This document shows positions 19,033 to 29,139 of a DNA stretch of 64,000 nucleotides, piece after piece. The position numbers and the translations under genes are program-made. This DNA is from a bacterium. Its GTDB lineage: Bacteria; UBA10199; 2-02-FULL-50-16; JAJFLM01. Under the pieces are notes generated by a model. It worked only from the letters and a program-made list of their open reading frames with translations, made no database searches and was not told the origin of the DNA. The number at the start of each line of letters is the position of its first letter. Position 1 is the stretch's first letter. The stretch spans positions 1-64,000 of the forward strand of contig CBDCFN010000015.1 of the NCBI GenBank assembly GCA_965216315.1, given 5' to 3'.

Positions 19033-19458
19033 TCAGAGTTGAGCTTTCTGCTTGCATGGGGGTTCGGGTAGTTGATCCATCGTCACTTTTGAAAGATATC
19101 CCTCAATGAGATCCTGGGTTTGTTGCCAGACAAATTTCATCCCGCATACCTCTTCGTGTTCGCAATCGCCAAAATCCTCTTCGAGGCAAGCATTAATAAG
19201 GAGGGGACCTTCGACCGCTTCGAGCACATTTAGAAACGAGATTTCCTCCGGCGCACGGGCGAGCCGATAGCCACCTTTAGAGCCGGGCAGACTGTTGATG
19301 AGCCCCTTCTTGACCAGTTTAAGCATGATACGTGCTAAAAACTTGGTGGGAATCTTTTGCTCACGCGAAACTTCGCCCGCTGAACAAATTCGGGGGTGAG
19401 AGGCGGCCAAATAGATCACGGCCCTGAGTGCATAATCTCCTTCGCGAGTCACCTGCAT
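19033..19458 (-). CDS. Rrf2 family transcriptional regulator with three Cys
   Basis: DYALRA, G..GGY.LA, VEGP..IN.C....C....C. Confidence 0.9.
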   Translation of the reverse strand: MQVTREGDYALRAVIYLAASHPRICSAGEVSREQKIPTKFLARIMLKLVKKGLINSLPGSKGGYRLARAPEEISFLNVLEAVEGPLLINACLEEDFGDCEHEEVCGMKFVWQQTQDLIEGYLSKVTMDQLPEPPCKQKAQL

Positions 19459-19592
19459 GATTGTGGGGAATCCTAGGAGTTATCCGGGGTATAGTCAAAT
19501 TCTACGGGGATTGACGGGAGATAGGCCCTCTGCTAGCCTAATTTTGAGATGAATCGAGGAAAACCGCATCAGAGTCAGTAAAAGGAGCAATT

Positions 19593-20810
19593 GTGGCCCA
19601 TCGAGATTTTTCAGACATGATCAAGGCCGTCAAGGCCGACATCACGGAAGTAACCGTAGACGATATCGAGGATAAGGTCGGGGACTCTAAGGTGAGCGTC
19701 GTTGACGTCCGCGAACCTGATGAATGGGAAGGCGGCATCATCCCCGGAGCCATCCCCCTGGCCCGCGGTTTCCTGGAGCTCAAGATCGAAGAACAGGTGC
19801 CCGACAAAGATCAGGAGGTCGTCATCTACTGTGCCGGCGGTGTCCGCTCGGCTCTTGCCGCACGAGCCATGCAGGAACTCGGTTACACGAATGTCAAATC
19901 ATTGATAGGCGGATTTAATGCCTGGAAACGGGCCGGCAAAGCCTTTGAAATGAAACAGAGCCTGACCAAAGATCAGGCGGGACGTTACCTGCGCCACACC
20001 ATGCTCCCCGAGGTTGGAGAAAAAGGCCAACTCAAACTACTCGATGCGAAGGTCTTGTTGATCGGCGCCGGGGGACTCGGGTGCCCGGCCGCTCTCTATC
20101 TCGCCGCGGCCGGTGTCGGCACCTTAGGACTCGTCGATTACGACGTCGTCGATGCCTCCAACTTGCAACGCCAAATCCTTCATACCGAGGATCGCGTCGG
20201 CGAACTTAAGACGGCCTCAGCCAAACAGACCATCGCCGGTCTCAACTCCGATGTCAAAGTCGTCGAACATCGTGAAAAGCTGACGCGCGATAACGTCATG
20301 GACATGATCAAAAACTACGACGTTGTCATCAATGGCTGTGACAACTTTCCTACCCGCTACCTTATTAACGATGCCTGTGTCCTCACCAAGACTCCCTTGA
20401 TAGACGGGTCTATCTTTCGTTTTGAAGGGCAGGTGACCGCTTACATCCCTGACGAAGCCCCGTGCTATCGATGCTTGTACCCGGAACCCCCGCCACCGGA
20501 AATGGCACCGTCCTGTGCCGAAGCGGGAGTTATCGGGGTGCTTCCCGGCATCATCGGATCATTGCAGGCCTTGGAAACGATCAAGTTGATCTTAGGCATC
20601 GGCCAGCCTTTGGTCGGACGGCTCATCCTCTATGATGCACTCAAACAAACCTTCCGCGAGATGAAAATCCGCCGCGATCCCGAGTGCCCGGTCTGCAGTG
20701 ACAAGGCGACCATTACCGAACTGATTGACTATGATTGGTTTTGCTCGGCCCAGCGAGATGAAGGGGATGAAGACAAAGGGTCTCCTCAGTTGCTAAAGAT
20801 AAGGCCTTAA
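19593..20810 (+). CDS. moeB: Rhodanese-ThiF fusion, MoeB/MoeZ-type adenylyltransferase
   Basis: DVRE..EW, CAGGVRS, GAGGLG, SNLQRQ, PCYRC, CPVC. Confidence 0.9.
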   Translation: MAHRDFSDMIKAVKADITEVTVDDIEDKVGDSKVSVVDVREPDEWEGGIIPGAIPLARGFLELKIEEQVPDKDQEVVIYCAGGVRSALAARAMQELGYTNVKSLIGGFNAWKRAGKAFEMKQSLTKDQAGRYLRHTMLPEVGEKGQLKLLDAKVLLIGAGGLGCPAALYLAAAGVGTLGLVDYDVVDASNLQRQILHTEDRVGELKTASAKQTIAGLNSDVKVVEHREKLTRDNVMDMIKNYDVVINGCDNFPTRYLINDACVLTKTPLIDGSIFRFEGQVTAYIPDEAPCYRCLYPEPPPPEMAPSCAEAGVIGVLPGIIGSLQALETIKLILGIGQPLVGRLILYDALKQTFREMKIRRDPECPVCSDKATITELIDYDWFCSAQRDEGDEDKGSPQLLKIRP

Positions 20811-21124
20811 GAGAGGCTCGCAAAAACCCACTTAAGATAAGACTCCGATCCATCGTCGATCGGCAAAAAGATCAACTCCGGTTCCGAGTAGGGATGCAAC
20901 GCCGGTAGGATGTGCTTGAGGGCATCGACTTTATCGGCGGTCGTCTTCATCGTCACCAGACATTCCTTTTCGTCACAGAGCTTACCCTGCCAATGATAAA
21001 AAGAACGCAGACCCGGAATGACATTGGCGCAGGCGACCAGGCGGCGTTCGACGAGTTTCTGGGCCACACGCGCGGCATCGGCTTCATTGGCCGTGGTGGT
21101 CATGGCGAAGTAGTAGTCGGTCAT
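20807..21124 (-). CDS. cutA: Divalent-cation tolerance protein CutA
   Basis: LVACAN, S.Y.WQG, KT, HPY..PE..; start ATG 21124. Confidence 0.9.
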   Translation of the reverse strand: MTDYYFAMTTTANEADAARVAQKLVERRLVACANVIPGLRSFYHWQGKLCDEKECLVTMKTTADKVDALKHILPALHPYSEPELIFLPIDDGSESYLKWVFASLS

Positions 21125-21130
21125 TAATAA

Positions 21131-21175
21131 AATCCCCCTCTGCCTGTCGGCAGGTCCCCCTTTACAAAGGGGGAG
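21131..21175. repeat. REP-like element (CCCTTTACAAAGGG family)
   Basis: AATCCCCCTC...CCCCCTTTACAAAGGGGG; a second copy lies at 57193-57229. Confidence 0.7.
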
Positions 21176-21197
21176 GTAGCGATTATCAAGGCCCTCT

Positions 21198-22280
21198 ATG
21201 GCACGCAGCATCTTAGACAGCGTCACCGCGAAGGTCAATGCCGGGGAGCGAATCAGCTTTGAGGAGGGAATCGCTCTTTTCCAGGAACCCGACCTCGTCG
21301 GGCTCGGTCGGCTGGCAGATCAAGTCTGCACGGCCAAGAATGGGAATCACGCCTATTACAATATTAACCATCACATTGATTACTCGAATATTTGCGTCTT
21401 AACCGACAAATGTAAGTTTTGTGCCTTCGCTAAATACGAAGACGATGAAGCGGCTTTTTTTCACCCACTCGAATATTACGCGGATCGCTTGAACGCGGCG
21501 CTTAAAGAAGGCGTCACCGAGGTTCATATCGTCGGCGGACTCCATCCCAAGCTGCCCTTTGATTATTACTTGGATATGCTGCGCTCGATCAAAGAACTCG
21601 CACCGCAAATTCACATCAAGGCCTTCACCGCCGTTGAAATCGATTTCTTCGCGCGTTTGGCACGCTTAAGCATTGAAGAAACTTTTAAAGCGTTGATTGA
21701 GGCGGGTCTCGATTCCATGCCGGGCGGCGGCGCCGAGATACTCGCTAAAGAAGTGCGCGATAAAATCTGCAAAGAAAAGATTGATGGAGAGCGTTGGCTT
21801 GAAATCCATAAGATCGCTCACGGCCTGGGGCTGCGTTCCAATGCGACAATGCTGTACGGACACGTCGAAACAATCGAAGATCGCGTTGACCACATGGAAC
21901 GACTGAGACAGTTGCAAGATGAAACCGGCGGCTTCATGTCTTTTATTCCGCTTGCTTTTAATCCGGAGAACAACCTGATGTCGGACCTCGGTTGGACCAA
22001 CGGGACGGATGACCTCAGGACGCTGGCCATTTCCCGGCTCTACTTAGACAACTTTCAACATATCAAAACCTATTGGATTACCTCCGGTGTCGGCATTGCC
22101 CAACTCGGACTCAATTTTGGCGCGGATGACATCCATGGCACCGTACGTGAAGAGAACATCACCCACATGGCAGGCTCCACGACACCCCAAGCCCTCACGG
22201 TCCCTATCCTCAAGCGCCTCATTACCGAAGCCGGGCGCGAACCGCATGAACGGGATTCGCTTTACAATATCGTCAATTAA
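21198..22280 (+). CDS. mqnE: Aminofutalosine synthase MqnE (radical SAM, CofH/MqnC family)
   Basis: EVHIVGGLHP, HIKAFTAVEI, MPGGGAEI, NATMLYGHVE, SRLYLDNF.HIK.YW motifs. Confidence 0.85.
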   Translation: MARSILDSVTAKVNAGERISFEEGIALFQEPDLVGLGRLADQVCTAKNGNHAYYNINHHIDYSNICVLTDKCKFCAFAKYEDDEAAFFHPLEYYADRLNAALKEGVTEVHIVGGLHPKLPFDYYLDMLRSIKELAPQIHIKAFTAVEIDFFARLARLSIEETFKALIEAGLDSMPGGGAEILAKEVRDKICKEKIDGERWLEIHKIAHGLGLRSNATMLYGHVETIEDRVDHMERLRQLQDETGGFMSFIPLAFNPENNLMSDLGWTNGTDDLRTLAISRLYLDNFQHIKTYWITSGVGIAQLGLNFGADDIHGTVREENITHMAGSTTPQALTVPILKRLITEAGREPHERDSLYNIVN

Positions 22281-22388
22281 TAACCCCGAATAACGTCTTG
22301 GTTGCGATTGAGAATGGGATTCGCTATATAATATTTTGATTTAGCGGCACGAGTTAACTTTCCGACTACGATTGAAAAAAGATAATAA

Positions 22389-22814
22389 ATGAAAAACACG
22401 TCGTCATTACGGCATATACTAAATAGATGCTGTTTAATTTTGTCCTTATTCATGTGTGTTCCCATCACAGTAGTTGAAGGACGTGTGAGATCTGCTAATG
22501 GTTTTAGCTGCTCAGTTGATAATCAACTTGTGTTCTGTAATGGGGTTTTTGATCGAATGAGTATGCCAACAGCTGTAACTTTTTGGGGCATTCGCACCGC
22601 AGGAATAAAAATTGTTGGCATTGATAAACAGACAAACCAACTCGCCAGCTTTGGCTACGATAGTAATACGGGTTGTATGCACATTTTTCAATGTGAAGAT
22701 GGATGCAAAACCTATAAATCGGGAATATCCATAGATGTATCAGGCAAAACTCATAAACTAAGAAGAAATAGAAATGGTCTTCTGAATATAGTTAAAGCTT
22801 GTCAGCCTGAGTAG
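22389..22814 (+). CDS. AT-rich Cys-rich hypothetical secreted protein
   Basis: Hydrophobic leader, six mature Cys; visibly AT-richer than flanks. Confidence 0.55.
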   Translation: MKNTSSLRHILNRCCLILSLFMCVPITVVEGRVRSANGFSCSVDNQLVFCNGVFDRMSMPTAVTFWGIRTAGIKIVGIDKQTNQLASFGYDSNTGCMHIFQCEDGCKTYKSGISIDVSGKTHKLRRNRNGLLNIVKACQPE

Positions 22815-22860
22815 AACTTAATTTAGCAAATCCAACTAAAACAAATAAACACTTGAGGAA

Positions 22861-22909
22861 AGTTAATTTCTACTATATTCTAATTTATACTATTTAATAG
22901 AAATTAACT
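22861..22909. promoter_or_regulatory. Perfect 12-bp inverted repeat, probable TA operator
   Basis: AGTTAATTTCTA (22861-72) and TAGAAATTAACT (22898-909) just upstream of ATG 22922. Confidence 0.75.
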
Positions 22910-22921
22910 ATTGCTAGAAAT

Positions 22922-23623
22922 ATGGCCCAGCAAGATACCGCAATCAATCCCTTCAAAGGCAAGGCTAGCCGCGTGCTGCGCGCCTTAATGCGCGATCCCA
23001 AGCGAGTCTGGCATGGCGTGGAGCTGGCTGAGGAGCTGCAACTTAGCCAGGCCTGGGTCAATCGAGTTCTAAAGACCCTGGAAAAAGAACGGATCGTTCA
23101 GCGTGGTGGCGCCGGTCGTTACGCCCGCGGCACGGAACTGCTGCGTCCCAAAGAACTGCTGCGTAAATGGGTCCAACACTACAATTTTAATCAGAATCTA
23201 ACCTATCTTTATCTCATTCAGAAAAAGGATCCAATAGCGCATTTCAAGCAGGTCTGCAAGAAAACAGGTGGCCGTTACGCTCTCACTGGCTATGCCGCCG
23301 CAAATATGATCCGGAAAATCGTCCATCATGCCCCGCCGATGGCATACTATTGGCCGGGAAGCGAACTATTTAAAAACACCCGGTCGATTTTTAAGTTGCT
23401 AGAGAATCAGCATGGTTTCATTCCGGTCCTGAAAGAAGCAAACTTGATTCTGGTTACTCCTTTACAGTTCGAGATTGTCTTCAATAGCCAAAGTATAAAA
23501 GGAATCAATATCGTTTCACCATTGCAATTGTTCCTCGATCTATACACCATGGACGCCGACAAATATGTCATCCGCCAATTAGCTGACTACTGGAATAAGC
23601 ATCAGATTCCCTATGAGCTATAA
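22922..23623 (+). CDS. AbiEi-like type IV TA antitoxin (wHTH + AbiEi domain)
   Basis: N-terminal HTH, LL..W...Y, YALTG.AAA, VSP.Q..LDL motifs. Confidence 0.75.
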   Translation: MAQQDTAINPFKGKASRVLRALMRDPKRVWHGVELAEELQLSQAWVNRVLKTLEKERIVQRGGAGRYARGTELLRPKELLRKWVQHYNFNQNLTYLYLIQKKDPIAHFKQVCKKTGGRYALTGYAAANMIRKIVHHAPPMAYYWPGSELFKNTRSIFKLLENQHGFIPVLKEANLILVTPLQFEIVFNSQSIKGINIVSPLQLFLDLYTMDADKYVIRQLADYWNKHQIPYEL

Positions 23624-24341
23624 ATACCCCTTCTTGAACGTCCTCGCGGCTCTCGGCAAAGACGCCAATAAACTGGTGCTCGTCGGTGGTTGGGTCCCGA
23701 CTGTTTACTTCGAATATCTGTGGCAGGGGCGCTACATCCTTGCAACTATGGATGTGGATCTTGGAATTGACGCCACACTCCACATGGATCCCCTCATCGA
23801 AGAACGCACTAAACAAGGTTTCAGTAAGAAACATCTAAAAATGGGGCATGAACGCCCGTACCAGTTGATTTATGAGGGTATTCCAATCGATTTCCTGGCC
23901 GATAAGAAGTCCATCAAAAAAGTTAAGGGTCAAGTATTAGGTGATGACATCATTCTTAATGCAAATGAAGGATATGAATATCTCCTCACGGACACCATCA
24001 ATATTACATGTGATTCCATTAAGGTAAGAACACCCTCGCCTATTCGATTTATTACTCATAAAATATTCGTTTACCTGAGCAATCCCCAGGAACGACAAAG
24101 GGATATTGCTATCGCCTATTATTGTCTCAGCCGTTCACCCGAACGAGATGAAATCATTCAAGCTATTAATAAACTCGGGCGCACTAAGGTCATGCAAACA
24201 ATCCGCGAGGAACTTCCTAAAATCATGCAAGATCCTAAGTCGGCTGCAATCCAGGATATACGCGCTATCTTACGGAGATCCGGCCGTGAAGAGCCTGCAG
24301 AGGATATTTTTGCAGAATTACAGGAACTTATCGCCAATTAG
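23613..24341 (+). CDS. AbiEii/GSU2403-like nucleotidyltransferase toxin
   Basis: LVGGW...ATMDVD, IDFL, HK...R..D motifs; overlaps the antitoxin. Confidence 0.75.
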   Translation: MSYKYPFLNVLAALGKDANKLVLVGGWVPTVYFEYLWQGRYILATMDVDLGIDATLHMDPLIEERTKQGFSKKHLKMGHERPYQLIYEGIPIDFLADKKSIKKVKGQVLGDDIILNANEGYEYLLTDTINITCDSIKVRTPSPIRFITHKIFVYLSNPQERQRDIAIAYYCLSRSPERDEIIQAINKLGRTKVMQTIREELPKIMQDPKSAAIQDIRAILRRSGREEPAEDIFAELQELIAN

Positions 24342-24348
24342 TACCCAC

Positions 24349-24376
24349 GAAACCTTTTGAACGCGTCGGCGATAAG
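24349..24376 (+). promoter_or_regulatory. AAAC-N16-CGAT promoter motif, leaderless
   Basis: GAAAC-cttttgaacgcgtcgg-CGATAAG; ATG 9 nt after CGAT, no SD. Confidence 0.65.
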
Positions 24377-24382
24377 CCCTCC

Positions 24383-25651
24383 ATGCTGGCCACTGCCCTG
24401 TCATCAAGCCTTACGGCGCCGCTGCTGCTCGCGAACGCGGTGGCGCCTCGTCTCAACCGAGAGCTCTGTTCCCCGGCCGAATTCCTAATGCCGGCCTTTG
24501 AACACTGGGCCCAGCGGCCTGGTCCGTTCATCAGCAGCCTCGAGGATGTCGCCCGCTTTTCGCAGGCCCGCCTCTTTCTCCAGGCCGCAGCGGACTTGCC
24601 CTACGTTGACCGATCTAAACAGGCGCAGTATCAGAGGAGTATCGCCAATATCCGTGAGCAGCTCTATCAGGATTGCGTCGACGTCGTCATGCAACCGGCA
24701 GCCTCCCCGTCTGCCGGACCGCTCCTCAATCTCGTTCATATCTGGCGCGACCGAGGTGTTGGGATCGAAGATGTCTACTTGGCGACCTATCAGGATAGCC
24801 GAGAATTCCGCCTGCCTCTGAATTCCAGTCGCCGCGCTATTCGAAAACTTGTTACTCAACTTCAGCAAGATAGCATCGTAAAAACGATCGCACATCGTGA
24901 TCCTCATCTCTTTGCGGCCTTCGACTTCAATGCTAAAATTATCGATCAACGCATCAAAGCACGCGAAACAACGAAAGACAAACAGGCACGTAGTTTTTCC
25001 GCTGGTGCCGGTGTCTCCATGATGTGGATGCCGCCCCTGCGTTGGTTACTATGGGACATGCTCAAAGACGCGGTCACCGGGCCGTTTCGCGCTAAACCCC
25101 CGTTCACGGCGGAAACCGCTCCGGCATCGCGTTTGGCCGAAGCCATCAATGCCCTCTCCTATCGAGCGAGCCGACCCTGGCTGGATCTTCACTTCGGCGT
25201 GCGGGTGGATTTATCTGCGTTGGCAACCCGTCTGTCAGGTAACTTATTGTTCGACGTGGATCTCAGAACAAACACAAAGGTAGCGCGGCGATCTGCCAAT
25301 ACCGCCTCGCTGTTATTCCCGCCCCTCGTTGCCAAGGACATCAAAGACCCGACGCTCAACGCGGTTAAGAGCATGTTACACTCTCTCCAAAAGGGAGGCA
25401 TGGGTGTCATCGTCTCGGAAAATCCCACGACGATTCAAAGCGCCATCACTTATCTAGAATCCAAGCCGCGGCAGGTCGCACGCATTCGTTATAGCCGGGT
25501 CCCTTTATCCGGTACTCAACTGGATGCCCGCGGCATTCACCCCCCCATGCTGACCCGCGGGGCCCTATCCCTCTATCCCGACGACTACCAGAGTCGACTC
25601 CCCTATGGGACCTTTCAATGGGGCTACCCGCTCCTCTTCGAGCGGCGCTAG
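24383..25651 (+). CDS. Orphan protein with a degenerate class I methyltransferase-like C-terminus
   Basis: C-terminal SLLFPP...LQKGGMGVIV..YL resembles 58716-59657; motif I degenerate (WLDLHFG). Confidence 0.6.
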   Translation: MLATALSSSLTAPLLLANAVAPRLNRELCSPAEFLMPAFEHWAQRPGPFISSLEDVARFSQARLFLQAAADLPYVDRSKQAQYQRSIANIREQLYQDCVDVVMQPAASPSAGPLLNLVHIWRDRGVGIEDVYLATYQDSREFRLPLNSSRRAIRKLVTQLQQDSIVKTIAHRDPHLFAAFDFNAKIIDQRIKARETTKDKQARSFSAGAGVSMMWMPPLRWLLWDMLKDAVTGPFRAKPPFTAETAPASRLAEAINALSYRASRPWLDLHFGVRVDLSALATRLSGNLLFDVDLRTNTKVARRSANTASLLFPPLVAKDIKDPTLNAVKSMLHSLQKGGMGVIVSENPTTIQSAITYLESKPRQVARIRYSRVPLSGTQLDARGIHPPMLTRGALSLYPDDYQSRLPYGTFQWGYPLLFERR

Positions 25652-25786
25652 CCAATTCTCAACTAAGAATAAAGCTGTCTCCGTAACAGTGTTCATAATG
25701 AATAATTCTATTTTGTTACGTAGTAAAAAAATAGCCAGATCCAGCATAACCCTATGAAATCATTTCGTTAATAATTCTTCTCTCCC

Positions 25787-25803
25787 TTGGCACGCTTCCT
25801 GCA
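25787..25803 (+). promoter_or_regulatory. Sigma54 -24/-12 promoter
   Basis: TTGGCACGCTTCCTGCA, near consensus; AT-rich upstream tract. Confidence 0.8.
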
Positions 25804-25854
25804 ATAGCTAGAGCCTAGAGTGCGTTTTTTCTGAAATACAAACAGGAGCGAGAG

Positions 25855-26640
25855 ATGAAAACAATTCGTTCGAAAAAGTCTCAGGTATTTGTCGCCACCA
25901 TACTGGCCTTCACCTTCATCACGAATGTGGTCTTGGCGCGATCGGTGACCGTCGACAACACGGGCAAAGATGAAACGGTCATTACAGTGGAGATTGAGCT
26001 CTGTCCCGATCCTGCCGACGACCCGAAGACCGAAAAGAAGGAAGGTCCCACAAAAGAAGAACTTGAGGAGTTTGCTAAAAAGCACGAAAAAGAAGTGGAA
26101 AATATCTGGAACGCCTGCAGTTCCAAACTGCGCATCAAGCGAGGCGATCCCCGCAAGCAAATTCGCTTTGATTTCAAGTTTACCGTCATCGACGATTGCG
26201 AGAAGAAGAGAGACCCCAACAAACATCGCTTTAAAGTTCACCCGGGTGCTCCACCGAGCGATCAAGACTACAACGCCAATACGACGAATCTTTGGATGGA
26301 AAACACGTCGCGCACCATCGCTCATGAGTTGGGGCACGTCATGGGACTCGACGAAGATTACCGCAAGAAAGGCAAGACCCGCAAAACATTAATGGGGCGC
26401 GGTAGTTACACGAAACTGAAGGTCTACATGCTGATGACGATCCTGTTCATTAATCACGGCGATCCCGATGACAAAGAAGCAAAGAGACGTCGGCTAATGA
26501 AGACCTTACTGCGGATGAAGGATCAGGAATTGGCTCGCAGAATCGCCGTCGATAACGACATAACTAAAGCTCAATATGACGCGTACAAAGATCAATTCGA
26601 CGTCAACGGAACCACGGTTCAACCGGATCTACCCAAATAA
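25855..26640 (+). CDS. Secreted metzincin-like metallopeptidase
   Basis: Signal peptide; AHELGHVMGLDEDY plus TLMG Met-turn. Confidence 0.7.
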   Translation: MKTIRSKKSQVFVATILAFTFITNVVLARSVTVDNTGKDETVITVEIELCPDPADDPKTEKKEGPTKEELEEFAKKHEKEVENIWNACSSKLRIKRGDPRKQIRFDFKFTVIDDCEKKRDPNKHRFKVHPGAPPSDQDYNANTTNLWMENTSRTIAHELGHVMGLDEDYRKKGKTRKTLMGRGSYTKLKVYMLMTILFINHGDPDDKEAKRRRLMKTLLRMKDQELARRIAVDNDITKAQYDAYKDQFDVNGTTVQPDLPK

Positions 26641-26655
26641 AGAGAGGATAAGACG

Positions 26656-27375
26656 ATGAAAAACACAATCATAGCATTACTGCTTTCACTCACTCTGTTG
26701 GGATCCGCTTGCGGAGGATCCTCGGACGATTCCTCCACTGCTTCCTCAAACAATGAGGACTGGATGAAACTCCAATACGACGTCACGGCTGGCATGACCC
26801 TCAATCAGGTCCTGTCAGAGTTGGCCGTTCTTACTTCGCGAAACTTTGAAATCGATTCCGAGTTACAGGAAATCCTCGATGAGCTGGGAGTGGATCTTCC
26901 CATCCTGTTAGATCTCACGGTCGAGCAGGTCCTCTCGATCTTACAGGATGTGATGCCGCCTAAACTCGCTTTCGATTACGAAGAGAGAGCCGATGGAACC
27001 ATTCTGTTGCGCCCGCGCTTCTTGGAAACGGAAGACTACGAAGCAGCGGATTATGCAATCATCGACTTCGAAATGGAATCGACTGAACTCGCGGCCTTTG
27101 TCGCCGATCCCTTTGACGAAGAGGACTGCGACGACCCTGATGCCGCTTATGACTACTGGGACGACACCGCCGACGAAGCTTATTTAGACTACGGTGAGGA
27201 AGAAGAAGGGCAAGTTCAACTCGGCGACGGCAGCGAGGCGGAAGAACCTGAGGGGCAGACGCAACTCGGTGAAGGCGGACGCTCCGAGGTCGATAGCGAG
27301 CTGAGCGGGACCCTGCATGACGGGATCGAAGAGGAGGGGCTCCCCGGCGGCCAAGTGACCTACTCGGTCCAGTAA
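26656..27375 (+). CDS. Highly acidic lipoprotein, possible STN-like domain
   Basis: Lipobox LGSAC; Asp/Glu-rich C-terminus. Confidence 0.7.
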   Translation: MKNTIIALLLSLTLLGSACGGSSDDSSTASSNNEDWMKLQYDVTAGMTLNQVLSELAVLTSRNFEIDSELQEILDELGVDLPILLDLTVEQVLSILQDVMPPKLAFDYEERADGTILLRPRFLETEDYEAADYAIIDFEMESTELAAFVADPFDEEDCDDPDAAYDYWDDTADEAYLDYGEEEEGQVQLGDGSEAEEPEGQTQLGEGGRSEVDSELSGTLHDGIEEEGLPGGQVTYSVQ

Positions 27376-27591
27376 GCATTCTCATTGACGAGGCTCACCG
27401 GCTCACTTATGCTCCTGAGCGCTATTTGCGGAGGAAAATTTGCTGCCGCAAATGCGATTATCCTGGTTGTGAGCGAGGATCGAATTGAACATAACCATCG
27501 TTCCGAGAAAGCTCTGCTTATCGAGGAACGGGGGGCATGGGGGTCATGTGAGCCTTCGCCGAAGGCGAAGCGTAGCGGACCCCCATTATAA

Positions 27592-27665
27592 CGGGGAGTA
27601 GCTCAGTCTGGTAGAGTACCTGCTTTGGGAGCAGGGTGTCGCAGGTTCGAATCCTGTCTCCCCGA
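27592..27665 (+). tRNA. tRNA-Pro (TGG)
   Basis: CGGGGAGTAGCTCAG...CCTGC-TTTGGGA-GCAGG...GGTTCGAATCC...CTCCCCGA. Confidence 0.95.
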
Positions 27666-27687
27666 CACACTATTCAGTATTTACGTG

Positions 27688-28938
27688 TTAGTGGATAGCT
27701 AACTTTTCAACTTTCACCCGCGTGACGCGGATGCCGGAAACATCGAGCACTTTGAGGCGATAATTTTCCACATCGATCGAATCACCTTTTTTGGGCGCCC
27801 GGCCGAGTTCATTGAAGACTAATCCGCTTAAAGTATCGCCGCGCTCTGAGGTCAGGTGCCACCCGGTTTGCTTATTGAAATCGGCCACTCGAATCCGGGC
27901 AAGCGCCTTATAGTTTCCGTCGGAAGTTTGCTGAACCGACAGAAGCTCTTCGCGATCGAATTCATCGCGAATCTCGCCGACGATTTCTTCAAGAATATCT
28001 TCTTGGGTTACCAGCCCTAGAGTCACGCCAAACTCATCTTTGACAATGGCCATATGGATCAAGGCCTGCTGCATATTCGCCAGCAAATCCAAAATCGGCT
28101 TTCGCTCCGGAACTTGAATAATCGGCTTGATAACATTCCGAATATTTGATTTTTCCTGACGCACCAGTCGAACGAGTTCTTTTAAATGAACCGTCCCCAA
28201 GATATTATCAACCGACCCCTCAAAGATGGGAAGTCTTGTGTAACGTTCATCGATCACTTTATCCAAGAGATCGGAAGCTGGAATGTCGGCGGGGAACGCC
28301 GTGATCTCAGTGCGCGGGATCATCACATCTGAGACCGTCATGCCGGCAGCCGCTGCGGCCCCGGAAATAATGGCAACCGGTCCCTTCGTCTTTTTCAACG
28401 GTGGGCCCGTGCGCGCAATAGCGAGAATTTCGTCGACTTTATTGAATTCCGCCTCCGTTCGTCCCTTCGAGATACGCCGGACCAGCGGTTCGATCACTTT
28501 ATCAAAAATATAGTGAATCGGGCGCAAGAGCTGATGAAACAAGTAAAGCGGCATCCCTACCAAGTAGGCCACACCTTTCGCGTTACGGGCAGAGATCGCC
28601 TTGGGCAATATCTCAGCAAAAATAAGGACAATGATCGTCATTGCCACAGAAGCAACAACAATACCTTCCTTTTCGCCGAAAAAATAAATGGCCAAGGCAG
28701 AGGCGCAGGACGCCCCGACGATATTCACCAAATTATTACCGAGCAGGATCGTTACCAAAAGCCGCGGCGTTGAGTGCAATAAGTTACGGACGGCCACGGC
28801 CGACGGCCCTTTCGCCTCCTGGATGTCCTTTTCCAGGTGCTCTTTACGAAGCCGCATTAAAGCCGTTTCACTGCCGGAGAAAAAAGCGGACAGGAGGACA
28901 CAAGCGAAGATGATTATCCCAAAAGCCAGTTGACCCAT
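27688..28938 (-). CDS. CNNM/DUF21-CBS-CorC hemolysin-family membrane protein
   Basis: SAFFSGSETA, TILLGNN, EILPK, MIPR, DEFG...EDILEEIVGEI.DE.D. Confidence 0.9.
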   Translation of the reverse strand: MGQLAFGIIIFACVLLSAFFSGSETALMRLRKEHLEKDIQEAKGPSAVAVRNLLHSTPRLLVTILLGNNLVNIVGASCASALAIYFFGEKEGIVVASVAMTIIVLIFAEILPKAISARNAKGVAYLVGMPLYLFHQLLRPIHYIFDKVIEPLVRRISKGRTEAEFNKVDEILAIARTGPPLKKTKGPVAIISGAAAAAGMTVSDVMIPRTEITAFPADIPASDLLDKVIDERYTRLPIFEGSVDNILGTVHLKELVRLVRQEKSNIRNVIKPIIQVPERKPILDLLANMQQALIHMAIVKDEFGVTLGLVTQEDILEEIVGEIRDEFDREELLSVQQTSDGNYKALARIRVADFNKQTGWHLTSERGDTLSGLVFNELGRAPKKGDSIDVENYRLKVLDVSGIRVTRVKVEKLAIH

Positions 28939-29139
28939 TCAGACTACGCAGTCTCGCTCTACGGCGACAAAAAAACAAGCTTAAAGTTTGTCTGTGGGGG
29001 GAGATAACCTATCATAATTAATAAGATAATTTGGACTTTGCAACGCGCATAACAGGTCTTACGCGAGAGCTTGAGCGTTTATTTCGCCGTTTTAGCTGGA
29101 ATACCCTCAGAGCTCTGGTACAGTATTGCACTAGTGAAA

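Noticed and set aside
27385..27591. 68-aa ORF before tRNA-Pro
   Set aside because: It spans a probable sigma70 promoter (TTGACG..TATGCT) and a palindromic repeat, with no RBS.
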